Source: Promethearchaeota archaeon
Lineage (GTDB): Archaea > Asgardarchaeota > Lokiarchaeia > Sigyniarchaeales > SOKP01
Assembly (NCBI GenBank): GCA_048938855.1
Contig: JBHLLT010000012.1
Location: forward strand, 1-64,000
Reading direction: 5' to 3'
DNA: 64,000 nucleotides
Position 1 is the stretch's first letter. Each line of letters opens with the position of its first letter. A model generated the notes under the pieces. That model did no database searches. It worked only from the letters and a program-made list of their open reading frames with translations, and was not told where the DNA came from. This document shows, one piece after another, positions 29,961 through 39,083 of this stretch. The translations under genes and the position numbers were made by a program.

Positions 29961-30407
29961 CTATAGATTAAGTCGAGGATCCTCCTTTACGGTACAAAAG
30001 GCAATAAGGGATTCCATGTTTTTAATACCTGGCATTTTACTTATTTCCTTTGTAAGATCATGCAACGCTAGATTATCTTTGACTTTCACTTTTATAAGTA
30101 TATCCCATTCGCCGGCAATTTCGTGAACTTCCATCGCATTTTCATTTTGTGCTACTTTTTCGGCAAATTCACAGCAATCTGTTTCAATAGTAAGACTTAT
30201 CTTAATCCAAGCTGTAGTAGGTTTACCCAATGCATCAGGATCAACTAGTGGCACTATATCTTTTATAACTTTATCCTTCTTCATTTGTTTAATTCTTGAA
30301 AAAACGGTTGAGGGAGATTCACCTACTTTCAGTGCCAATTTTCTATAGGTTATACTAGCATCTTTTTGATATTCTCTTAAGATGTTCTTATTTAGGTCAT
30401 CAATCAT
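29961..30407 (-). CDS. Lrp/AsnC family transcriptional regulator
   Basis: IDDLNKNILREYQKDA HTH; VHEIAGEWDILIKV RAM domain. Confidence 0.92.
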   Translation of the reverse strand: MIDDLNKNILREYQKDASITYRKLALKVGESPSTVFSRIKQMKKDKVIKDIVPLVDPDALGKPTTAWIKISLTIETDCCEFAEKVAQNENAMEVHEIAGEWDILIKVKVKDNLALHDLTKEISKMPGIKNMESLIAFCTVKEDPRLNL

Positions 30408-30471
30408 ATTTTCATATAATTATTTTTTGTATTAATTTCTAGATATTATTCAATATATTTAAATCTTTCTG

Positions 30472-30515
30472 GACAATATGCAAAAGATTTATATATTAAT
30501 AGACAATATACAAAA
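30472..30515. promoter_or_regulatory. 14-bp direct repeat flanking a TATA-like box (candidate Lrp operator)
   Basis: GACAATATGCAAAA (30472-30485) and GACAATATACAAAA (30502-30515) are 30 bp apart, with TTTATATA between them. Confidence 0.45.
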
Positions 30516-30603
30516 ATAGAACATAAAAAATAAACAAAGTTAAATTATCAATATAAAATAAATGTTAGAAAATTATTTTATAACAAGTTGGAGTATTAAT
30601 AGA

Positions 30604-30714
30604 ATGTCTGATGTGATAAAAGAAACAAGTTATAATTGTATAAAATGTGGAAATCAATTATTTCATGGGGCAAAGACATGTGAAAAATGTGGTAGTAATG
30701 TATATTTATATTAA
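30604..30714 (+). CDS. 36-aa zinc-ribbon micro-protein (not in ORF track)
   Basis: GGAG SD; MSDVIKETSYNCIKCGNQLFHGAKTCEKCGSNVYLY* with two CxxCG knuckles. Confidence 0.7.
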   Translation: MSDVIKETSYNCIKCGNQLFHGAKTCEKCGSNVYLY

Positions 30715-30830
30715 TTTATCATAACAGAATAATCACAGCTAGGCAATACTGTTAACCTTAAATAATTTTGAATTTTACTTATTGTTACCGGAAATCTAAA
30801 TAATTAATTGAAATAGTTAAGTGGTTAAAT

Positions 30831-31157
30831 ATGGTTTTACTTGTAGCGACAGTTGTATTTCCTCATGCAAAATCAAGTAAAGTGGCAAAAAAAAATATAG
30901 AGATGATTAAAAAATATCCTACTGATGCTTCCATTGGAGAAGGAATAGCATTAGGAGTTAAAGCAACAACAGAAGGAATGCAAGTCTTGTTCGTAGGAGA
31001 TGTTAAAAAAGGTAAAGTCGAGGAGTACATGTTTAGAATGGCAAAACAATATCAAGAATATGCTTTAGAGATAGATGGATTAACATATCAAATAGAAACC
31101 TATTTTGATGTTACAGAAGCATATAAAATCTTAGGTATGGAGCCTCCTCCAGATTAG
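30831..31157 (+). CDS. Hypothetical protein
   Basis: 108-aa ORF with SD-like AGTGGT, followed by a T-tract. Confidence 0.75.
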   Translation: MVLLVATVVFPHAKSSKVAKKNIEMIKKYPTDASIGEGIALGVKATTEGMQVLFVGDVKKGKVEEYMFRMAKQYQEYALEIDGLTYQIETYFDVTEAYKILGMEPPPD

Positions 31158-31175
31158 TGAATAATACTAAATTCC

Positions 31176-31192
31176 CTTTTTTTTTTATTTTT
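31176..31192 (+). terminator. Oligo-T archaeal-type terminator
   Basis: Long T run about 20 nt after the stop of 30831..31157. Confidence 0.45.
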
Positions 31193-31346
31193 AATTAAAG
31201 AAATTATTAATTGTGATTATTACATATTTCCTTCTAGATCAAATTGATTTCAAGCGTTCTCTAATGAATATAGTTCAAATTTCAAATGAAGAAATTACTT
31301 AATTTTAATTCTATATGAATAGAAAAAAAGGAAAATATCTTTATTA

Positions 31347-32501
31347 TTATATTTTTGGAGCAATAGCAGAATCTGGGTTAACTACTTTTTGAAGCATTTT
31401 AAATGCTTTTTGAGATGTTGAAAAAGTTTTAGCATTGTATTTTTTTATTATATCCTTGATTTCTTCATCAAAAATTCTTACGAACAACTCAATATGGGGA
31501 TAACGTAGATTCAATTTATAAGTAAGATAAATTGCCTCGTCAAATTCTGATTCTCGTTTCCAACAAATAAAAACTTGAGTCACTTCCTCTAAGTTTACAT
31601 GGGCTCGTAAATCACTTAAAAAACGGGCAAACTCATTGTACAAGTGTAATTTTTCATTTTTTACAAATTCAATACCACTATTAACATCATCAAAAAGATA
31701 GACTTCTCGATCTAGTTCTTGAGAAATATGATGCGCTATTCGATGAGTCAAACTATCTCTCCCAATTACAATTGCTTTACCTGCTTTATTTTTTGTCCAT
31801 TCGTGAATATTATCCATAGCCCATTTAGACGTTGAGAACGAATATGCTTTTAATGGGGGATTCTTAAGGTATTCTTGTACATGATCTTCAAACGCTCTAA
31901 CATAAATAGCACAATCTGGATTAATTTTGCGAATTTTTTCAGTACATATTATTGCGGTTCTTACATCATTAATATTAATAAAAACTTCCTTAGCATTTTT
32001 AGCATTTGCCCAATTGAGGTTCACTGTCTCAGTGGCATCTCCAATCACTATTGGACGCCCTGCATTAATTAAATCTTCTACTGCTTCTTCGTCATCCTCA
32101 ATAAGGCAAAATTGCTTTTTATTTTCAATACAATATTCTAAAATTCTCTCAGATAGATGATGATATCCAATTATTACAGCATGATTTCTTTTATGCGAAG
32201 CGAGAATTCTGCAAGTTACAACAGGATTATACTTTTCTAATAATTCTCCAATGATAAAACCAAAAACAATTACCTCTAATAATATCGGCCAAAGTAAAGC
32301 ATATAAATTTGCAAAATCACTTGCATCTGTGGGAGAACGTACAGTTAAAGAATATAAGAAAATGATCCCTATATTTTGACCAGATTCTGTAATAAAAAAG
32401 AATAGAAATCCACAAAACCAAAAAAGAAAGAGAAATATAAAAGCTAACTTGTATTGTTTGAGTTTGAGTCGGAATTCAATGAAAAAGTTTACTAATTTCA
32501 T
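31347..32501 (-). CDS. 2-TM channel-like protein with TrkA-N/RCK domains
   Basis: TM1 - pore-helix-like - TM2, then HAVIIGY, IGDATE, VRAF (RCK1) and a second RCK (AIVIGRD). Confidence 0.8.
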   Translation of the reverse strand: MKLVNFFIEFRLKLKQYKLAFIFLFLFWFCGFLFFFITESGQNIGIIFLYSLTVRSPTDASDFANLYALLWPILLEVIVFGFIIGELLEKYNPVVTCRILASHKRNHAVIIGYHHLSERILEYCIENKKQFCLIEDDEEAVEDLINAGRPIVIGDATETVNLNWANAKNAKEVFININDVRTAIICTEKIRKINPDCAIYVRAFEDHVQEYLKNPPLKAYSFSTSKWAMDNIHEWTKNKAGKAIVIGRDSLTHRIAHHISQELDREVYLFDDVNSGIEFVKNEKLHLYNEFARFLSDLRAHVNLEEVTQVFICWKRESEFDEAIYLTYKLNLRYPHIELFVRIFDEEIKDIIKKYNAKTFSTSQKAFKMLQKVVNPDSAIAPKI

Positions 32502-32553
32502 AACTTAAGATAAAACAATCTTGTATAAAAAAGATTTGATCTATTATTATAGT

Positions 32554-34398
32554 CTAACGAGAGTTATCAGTTTCTACAGTTACTTCTCCGTCAATTTCAA
32601 GTAATTTTGAGCCACATACCTCGCAATAAGCTGGTGTTCCCCCCATTATTTTTCTAACAAGTTCTACTGGCAAGTTTCCTTGACATTCAGGGCAATTTTG
32701 CGGATTAATTGAATTTTCAAATTCAGACATAATAGAGGGAGTCATATCCTCATCCTCAGCAAAGATATCCACTTTTAAAACAGTTAATTGCTCATCTTTA
32801 TTGCCAGTTAGAGTCAATAATAACCCTACAGAATGTTTACTAAAAGTCCCTTCGGCATAACCTTTGATGAATCCATGGAAGTTTCCCTCTGATACTTGTT
32901 TTTTAGTATCTATGATTGCAAAATTCTTCCTTTTTAAAAGTATAGATAACCTCTGATATAATTGATCAGCATTGTATGGAATTGTAAATTCTTGCCCAAT
33001 TTTTTTGAATGTAAGAAGATCTTTGGTGAGATTTTCAAAATCTTCATTTGACACTTTTTTTGGCCTTAATAGCCCACATATCATTCTAATCTCGTGTGGT
33101 TCTACATTGATGGTATCGATCTGATCTTTTTCATTAATAAAATTAACTACAGCATGAACAGTTCCCTTTATACAATCTTTTTTTGGCTTAAATACAAAAG
33201 TGGGACTTACAAATCCTCCACCTTTTGAAATTTTATGAAATTTTGCACTGTCAGGGGAAAATTGTGGATGTCCATCTACACGTGATAAAATCAGACTTTC
33301 CTCTGGATATGAAAGTATATTTATATTGATATTAGTGATATTAAATTTTCTGTTATTAATAACCTTGATTTTAAAGAAGTATTCACCTCCCTCAATCTGC
33401 CCGCCCCTAAGAACACGAATATCTTGGGATTTCATTTCTGGTTTAATGTGAAGTATTTTTGAATCTGAACTAATCTCCACTTGAGTTTTATTTGAAGTTT
33501 CAATAATTCTTTCTGTTTTGAGAGTTTGGGGTTCTGGTTTTGGAGTTACTTTACTTGGCATTTCAATGATATCTCCTTTATCACCTTTAACTAATTTGAA
33601 AAGAGTGATTTTATTTTTAGAAGCGGCAACTAAAAACATATTGTTTTCTTGTTCTGTAGAGATAGTGTATGCATCAAGACATTGTGTTTTTATCCCAATT
33701 TTATGGTTACCAATAACTTCTTTATTTAAATTAATAGCATTTAGGAAACCGTTTTTATCTCCCACAATTAAAATTGGTTGGTTATAAATGTTACAAAAAG
33801 TTAAGCATGTAGGTTGATACTCTAATTCAAAAACTAATTCTGAATCTATATCGTTTATTACATTAAGAATTTTCCCTGATTTAAGTAATATAAAGATTTT
33901 TTTTGTTATCTTATCAGAAAAATAGCCAATAGTGCAATCCATAATGGGTTCTGGGGCTTTAAATTCGAGAAATTTTTCTCCTTCATTATCCAGTCCAATT
34001 AATCGTTGATTTTCTAAACCAACTATTATTTCATCTCTAATATCATCTTTTAAATCCCCAGTTTCCATACAAATTACTGGAGAATTTAAGTTTGTCGACC
34101 AAATTGGATTTCCATTATTATCCATTACATAGATACTCCCATCTAATGAACCTGAGATTAATTCAATATTATTTTGTCTGCTAACAGATGCTATTTTAAA
34201 ACTTGTTATGGTCGAGGAAAATTCCGTAATAAAAACTTCATTTCCTTCAAGATCAAAAGCTTTTATTTCTGCACTAAATGAACAACCAATTATTTCAGGT
34301 TCTTGATCGCCTAAAAGATTTGCAATTATACAGGAATAGACATTTTTTTGAAATTGACGAACCCAAAGTGGTTGTAGTTTAATATATTGCAGTGTCAT
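32554..34398 (-). CDS. Beta-propeller (FG-GAP-like) + Ig/adaptin-ear-like + platform-like + Zn-ribbon protein
   Basis: Repeats ANLLGDQEPEIIGCS, ELISGSLDGSIYV, GDLKDDIRDEIIVG; beta-sandwich FKIKVINNRKFNITNI; LRPKKVSNEDF; CPEC...CEVC. Confidence 0.7.
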   Translation of the reverse strand: MTLQYIKLQPLWVRQFQKNVYSCIIANLLGDQEPEIIGCSFSAEIKAFDLEGNEVFITEFSSTITSFKIASVSRQNNIELISGSLDGSIYVMDNNGNPIWSTNLNSPVICMETGDLKDDIRDEIIVGLENQRLIGLDNEGEKFLEFKAPEPIMDCTIGYFSDKITKKIFILLKSGKILNVINDIDSELVFELEYQPTCLTFCNIYNQPILIVGDKNGFLNAINLNKEVIGNHKIGIKTQCLDAYTISTEQENNMFLVAASKNKITLFKLVKGDKGDIIEMPSKVTPKPEPQTLKTERIIETSNKTQVEISSDSKILHIKPEMKSQDIRVLRGGQIEGGEYFFKIKVINNRKFNITNININILSYPEESLILSRVDGHPQFSPDSAKFHKISKGGGFVSPTFVFKPKKDCIKGTVHAVVNFINEKDQIDTINVEPHEIRMICGLLRPKKVSNEDFENLTKDLLTFKKIGQEFTIPYNADQLYQRLSILLKRKNFAIIDTKKQVSEGNFHGFIKGYAEGTFSKHSVGLLLTLTGNKDEQLTVLKVDIFAEDEDMTPSIMSEFENSINPQNCPECQGNLPVELVRKIMGGTPAYCEVCGSKLLEIDGEVTVETDNSR

Positions 34399-34549
34399 GT
34401 CAGATCTTAATTTGAAAAATTCGATTTAATTTCAATATTATATAAATTGATTTTATCATAAAAATAAATCTCATAGATTAAATTACTATCCTATTACATC
34501 AATAATAAAAAAAAGAGAATTTAGAATAATTTTTTCAGTTTTCATATTA

Positions 34550-35011
34550 TTAAGGCTTTTCTTCGGCGTCTTCTTTGACTTTCTTTACTAATTTTTTAAA
34601 AGCTTGCGTTAAATTTCCTAATTCAGGGTCTTGTTCCTCCAATTCTTTATCAAAATCCGTATCTATCTCTTTAAAAGATACAGTTTTAAGATCATGGGTA
34701 CATAATTTTAATGCTATGTTTGTTAATTTATGGATCGGATTTACTATTGAATCAGCAAGTTTCAAGCCCACAAAAAGACTTATTACAATAATTTGCCATA
34801 GTGAGATAAATATAATTGCTATTTCTATCTCAAGAGTTTCAGTGATTATTGTCTGATCCTCCGGTGTAGCGCCAACAATATTGGCACCAATAATCTCATT
34901 AAATATTGCAGCTGTAATTGCAATACTCCCTAATGCAATAAAACAAACTACAACGAAGCTCAGAAGAATTTCTTGCCTAATTCCGAATTTTCTTTTTTTT
35001 TGTTGAGCCAT
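34550..35011 (-). CDS. 2-TM + HAMP domain protein with no output domain
   Basis: Two TM helices, IVNPIHKLTNIA...ELGNLTQAFKKLV HAMP pattern, then stop. Confidence 0.8.
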   Translation of the reverse strand: MAQQKKRKFGIRQEILLSFVVVCFIALGSIAITAAIFNEIIGANIVGATPEDQTIITETLEIEIAIIFISLWQIIVISLFVGLKLADSIVNPIHKLTNIALKLCTHDLKTVSFKEIDTDFDKELEEQDPELGNLTQAFKKLVKKVKEDAEEKP

Positions 35012-35013
35012 CT

Positions 35014-36738
35014 TTATCCCTCCTCCGGTACAAAACCTTCAATTTCTGATGAAGCCATAATTTCCTTCACTTTTGTAAAAGCTTCTGCAATTCGTTTTGA
35101 AACATTTTTTATAGAATAGATAGTAATATATTTACCATGTGGAGTTGCAGCAACCATTTGTGTCATTGTTCGATGAACTTTTTTTAGTTCTGGTCCAACA
35201 CCAATTAATATAAAATTGATGGGAGGTTCTATTTTTTCGATGTATTTTGCAACTTTGCGAGAATTATACTTTGTACTTTTATTATCTTCACCATCAGTAA
35301 GAGTTACAACCCATCTCTGACGTTCTTGAGATTCTTGCTCTGAGCGAGGTGATTTTTCCAATAAAATATCTATCGCATTGCCTATCGCATCATATAAACA
35401 AGTCTGATAAGGACTAGCCTCCATCGTTTTAAATATATTTGTAATTTGCGAAACATTGCCTTTTTTCTCTGTCAAATCAAGAAGTATATTTATCATAGAA
35501 TTAAAACCAAGGATTGCAATTCGATCTCCAATATTTATTGTTTCATTAAAAACTCCCAAAGCTCCTGTTCGAGCCGCTCCCATTTTATCAAATTGAGTCA
35601 TGCTTCCAGATTGATCAATTACAAAAACTACATCTTTTTTACGTACTAGTATTTCGTCTACTTTGGAAAGTTCAAGCTCTGCTTTATGGTATAGAGTTGT
35701 ATTATCTTGACTTTCATATAATTGTACCATTGCTTCAAGGATATTTTTCATTAAAGGATAATTTCCAAGGTTTTCTGCTAATTTCAAAGCATTTTTTAAA
35801 TGATCTTCTGCAATCTCAGGATTATTTTTTAACAAAGTTAGTCTCCCTAATTGAAACTCATCTTCTGCTAAACCTGAATTATTTTCCCATTTACTATCAA
35901 GTTTAAATGCCTCATCAAGTTGTTCTTGAGCAAGATTTAATTCATTTTTTAACATATATAATACTCCTATATTTCTATTTCTTGAAGCAATTCCCACTTC
36001 ATCTCCCAACTCATTATCTATTTCAAGAGCTTTGTTAAAATCCTCCATTGCTTCTTGCCATTGTTCTTCTGAAAGAAAAAGAAGAGCACGATTATTATAC
36101 CTAGAACTTAATGATCCAATATCTTCCTGTTCTTCACCAATTTTAATTGACTTATTATAACTTTCCTTTGCTTTATCATAATCTCCCCAATTGCGATAAA
36201 TGTTTCCAAGGTTATTTAAACACATTCCCTCCCCATGAAGATTTTTTGTTGTTTGAAATAACTCTAATGCAGCATTATAATTTCTGAATGCAAGGGTCAT
36301 ATTACCTTGATAATAACTTTTGTTTCCCAAACGCATTGTAACCAATAAACTCTGAAAAGATTGAGCAAGTACACCGATTTCATTTCTTCTCATTCTTCCA
36401 CTCATAGGAATTTCTTGAGTGAGATCTCCTTGAGATATTTGTTCTATTGAATTTGTTAAATCAATAATAGGAGATGTAATTCTTCGAGAGATGCCATTTA
36501 CAGCAAAAAAAATCACAATAGTGGTAATTATAGCAACAATAATAATTGTAATGATCAACGGGCTTTTTAATGTTTCAAGTGAGGTATACCCTAATCCAAT
36601 AAAATAGTCAATATTTGTTAATAATTGAAATGCTAAGAAAACTGTTAAAAGCATGAATGGAATTAAGATGCATGCAATCATAATTATAAAGAGCCTTTGT
36701 CGCAATGACCTTTTTTTTCTTATTTCTCTAACTTCCAT
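35014..36738 (-). CDS. 2-TM - HAMP - TPR repeats - vWA domain protein
   Basis: ITSPIIDLT...NEIGVLAQSF (HAMP); NNLGNIY/NNRALL/RNIGVLY TPRs; VFVIDQSGSM, TCLYDAI and LTDGEDN (complete MIDAS). Confidence 0.88.
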   Translation of the reverse strand: MEVREIRKKRSLRQRLFIIMIACILIPFMLLTVFLAFQLLTNIDYFIGLGYTSLETLKSPLIITIIIVAIITTIVIFFAVNGISRRITSPIIDLTNSIEQISQGDLTQEIPMSGRMRRNEIGVLAQSFQSLLVTMRLGNKSYYQGNMTLAFRNYNAALELFQTTKNLHGEGMCLNNLGNIYRNWGDYDKAKESYNKSIKIGEEQEDIGSLSSRYNNRALLFLSEEQWQEAMEDFNKALEIDNELGDEVGIASRNRNIGVLYMLKNELNLAQEQLDEAFKLDSKWENNSGLAEDEFQLGRLTLLKNNPEIAEDHLKNALKLAENLGNYPLMKNILEAMVQLYESQDNTTLYHKAELELSKVDEILVRKKDVVFVIDQSGSMTQFDKMGAARTGALGVFNETINIGDRIAILGFNSMINILLDLTEKKGNVSQITNIFKTMEASPYQTCLYDAIGNAIDILLEKSPRSEQESQERQRWVVTLTDGEDNKSTKYNSRKVAKYIEKIEPPINFILIGVGPELKKVHRTMTQMVAATPHGKYITIYSIKNVSKRIAEAFTKVKEIMASSEIEGFVPEEG

Positions 36739-36771
36739 TTTCTTCTTTCCCTCTTATTTTTCTTATAAAAA

Positions 36772-37491
36772 TCAAATTCCTTTATCAATACCTTCATATA
36801 TCAGAAATATTGATGTAAAAATAGAAGCTTTAACTATAGCTAAACCAATCAGTGGGAGATTAGAAACACCTGCATCAATAATTCCGAAAAGAGAGACAAA
36901 CATTACTCCAATACCCATTGAATATCTCCTCCATTTCACACTTTTGTTCTCTAAAGTTATTCCTGAATGAAGAATAGCAGGTCCCAGAATTACCATCATA
37001 ATTACCAACACCACCCCTAATAATGCTAATGCTGCCCCTTTAATTCCTGTTGACGGCAAACCTCCGGGTGATGCTTCCCAAGAAGTAAAAGCTGATGGAT
37101 TGGAATAAATCAAAACAGCGAAAATTAAACTCAATATTGCTACTATACTCGTAATTGGGATTTTATAACGACCGCTTTTAAATAAATCTGAGGCAATATA
37201 TGCCCAAATTGTTCCACCCAAAGCAGGCCCCCAAGCATATCCTAAAACCGCTATATTCGGACCTAATGGGGGAAATCCGAATACCATAAGTAAAAAACTT
37301 GCAGAGACCCCAAACCATGCATGAAAAACTGATAATAAACCAATTCCACTTAATATTAATCTTTTTTTAACTTTTATATCAGTTGCTTTTCTAGCATATT
37401 TAAAAATTAGGATAAAAGCTAAAATATAACCAGCAACAGTAATTTCTAGACCTGTAAGTCCATTTATTATATCAATATTTGGAAGAGCCAT
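36772..37491 (-). CDS. Seven-TM membrane protein of unknown function
   Basis: 239 aa with about 7 hydrophobic helices; GGGGTG SD; 33 nt upstream of the HAMP-TPR-vWA gene. Confidence 0.75.
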   Translation of the reverse strand: MALPNIDIINGLTGLEITVAGYILAFILIFKYARKATDIKVKKRLILSGIGLLSVFHAWFGVSASFLLMVFGFPPLGPNIAVLGYAWGPALGGTIWAYIASDLFKSGRYKIPITSIVAILSLIFAVLIYSNPSAFTSWEASPGGLPSTGIKGAALALLGVVLVIMMVILGPAILHSGITLENKSVKWRRYSMGIGVMFVSLFGIIDAGVSNLPLIGLAIVKASIFTSIFLIYEGIDKGI

Positions 37492-37601
37492 TTATGTTAA
37501 CACCCCTTATTTACATGAACATCTATAATTAAAATTTTTTTATTAATAATTTTTTTAAACTGCAACCTATATTTTGAAGAATTATTATATAAATTTGGTA
37601 C

Positions 37602-37830
37602 ATAGGTATTAGTGGCAAAGCAGAATATTTTGGTGGCAAAGTTCCCACAATTATGGCTAATTCTCCATTTTGGATGCAGAAAGTACTTAGAGATTATCAT
37701 CATAAAAAAAAAAATTTTGATCTAAGTGACAGTTTACATATTATTAATGGAGGTGGTGGCTGGGATGGCACTTAAAGTCGTATTAAGTTGGGACATCATG
37801 TAAATAAGTCAGATTTTGCTGAACATTTGA
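37602..37830 (+). pseudogene. Decayed partial copy of the LuxE-like gene (matches about 41483-41731)
   Basis: TTCCCACAATTATGGCTAATTCTCCATT, TTTTGATCTAAGTGA, TGGAGGTGGTGG.TGGGATGGCA and TTAAGTTGGGACATCATGTAAATAAG are shared with 41541-41710, with indels. Confidence 0.85.
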
Positions 37831-38124
37831 GCCAAATCGTATTCTGGTTCAGTGATAAGAAAGAAAATGAAGCTAATAAACCAAAATAGAAAGAAAAAAG
37901 TAAACTGTAGCATATATTAATTGAGTTTAAGATAGATTCTGATAAATAAATTTAGGAGATTCATACATAAATAAAACACATCAATATAAAAAGATATAAT
38001 CAGATAAACTTTTCTAAAATAATTATTATGGAACTCTTTATTCATTAATTGTAATACATTTCCCATGCTCAAATCGAGATATAAAAATAAAGATTTGAAT
38101 AAAACAAAAATATAAATTCATATA

Positions 38125-39069
38125 ATGGTATTTTTTGAAGAAAACAGATCGGCTGATATTTCTAAAGATGAAATAGTCGAATCATTGTATTGCTTTTTCC
38201 CTGATATACAAGAAACTGATATTAGATTTTTTTATCATGGAACTTATAATGTTTATGAGGTGAAGAATCAATATATCTTTCGTATTCCAGATAAACACTT
38301 CAGAAACATTAAAGGGATCAGACTTATTCAAAATGAGATTAAAATGCTAGATCATATCCAAAAATATGTATCCGTACCCATCCCGGAGCCAATATATATC
38401 TCGTTAGACCCAGATTGCCCAATTATGGGATATGAGAAAATTGAAGGAGTTCCCTTATCAAGATGTTTTTATAAAGTATCTCAAAATCAAAAGTTAAGAA
38501 TAGCAAGAGAAATAGGTGAATTCCTCTCTGAACTCCACTCGGATGACCTCTATCAATCAGCTGTAAAAAATCAAATAGTTGACGATATTTTTTCTTGTGA
38601 CAAATATAAATCTGAATGGGAAGACTATTTTGAAAGAGCTCAAAAGAAAATTTTTCAAATGTTAACTCCAAATCAAAAAGATTGGATAAATAATCTTTTT
38701 AATACTTTTTTAAATAAGGATGTTAATTTTAATTTTAGATATTCAATAATTCATGGCGATTTTGATATAACAAATATTGTTGTGGATCCTCATAATCTTA
38801 AAATTAATGGAATAGTTGACTTTGAAGAATCACGGATTTATGATCCTGCTGCTGATTTTCTGTTTTTTGATGAAGGAGATATATTCCTCAGTAATATTTT
38901 TTTATCTTATAAGAGAAAAATTGATTCACAGTTCCAAGAACGTATGAAATTTCTGTATGGATGGTCTTGTTTAGCGTATATTGAATTTGGTATGGAAAAT
39001 AACCTTCCTGATATGATAGAAGCAGGGATTAAATTGCTTAAAAATAAAATGAATAGATTTCCTTCTTAG
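38125..39069 (+). CDS. Aminoglycoside phosphotransferase (APH) family kinase
   Basis: YIFRIP, VPIPEP, IHGDF..TNI (Brenner motif), GIVDFEE, DPAADF. Confidence 0.88.
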   Translation: MVFFEENRSADISKDEIVESLYCFFPDIQETDIRFFYHGTYNVYEVKNQYIFRIPDKHFRNIKGIRLIQNEIKMLDHIQKYVSVPIPEPIYISLDPDCPIMGYEKIEGVPLSRCFYKVSQNQKLRIAREIGEFLSELHSDDLYQSAVKNQIVDDIFSCDKYKSEWEDYFERAQKKIFQMLTPNQKDWINNLFNTFLNKDVNFNFRYSIIHGDFDITNIVVDPHNLKINGIVDFEESRIYDPAADFLFFDEGDIFLSNIFLSYKRKIDSQFQERMKFLYGWSCLAYIEFGMENNLPDMIEAGIKLLKNKMNRFPS

Positions 39070-39083
39070 AATTCAATTTAATT

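Noticed and set aside
37497-37703. 68-aa minus-strand ORF upstream of the 7TM gene
   Set aside because: Partly the antisense of the luxE pseudogene fragment and partly promoter sequence; no coding features
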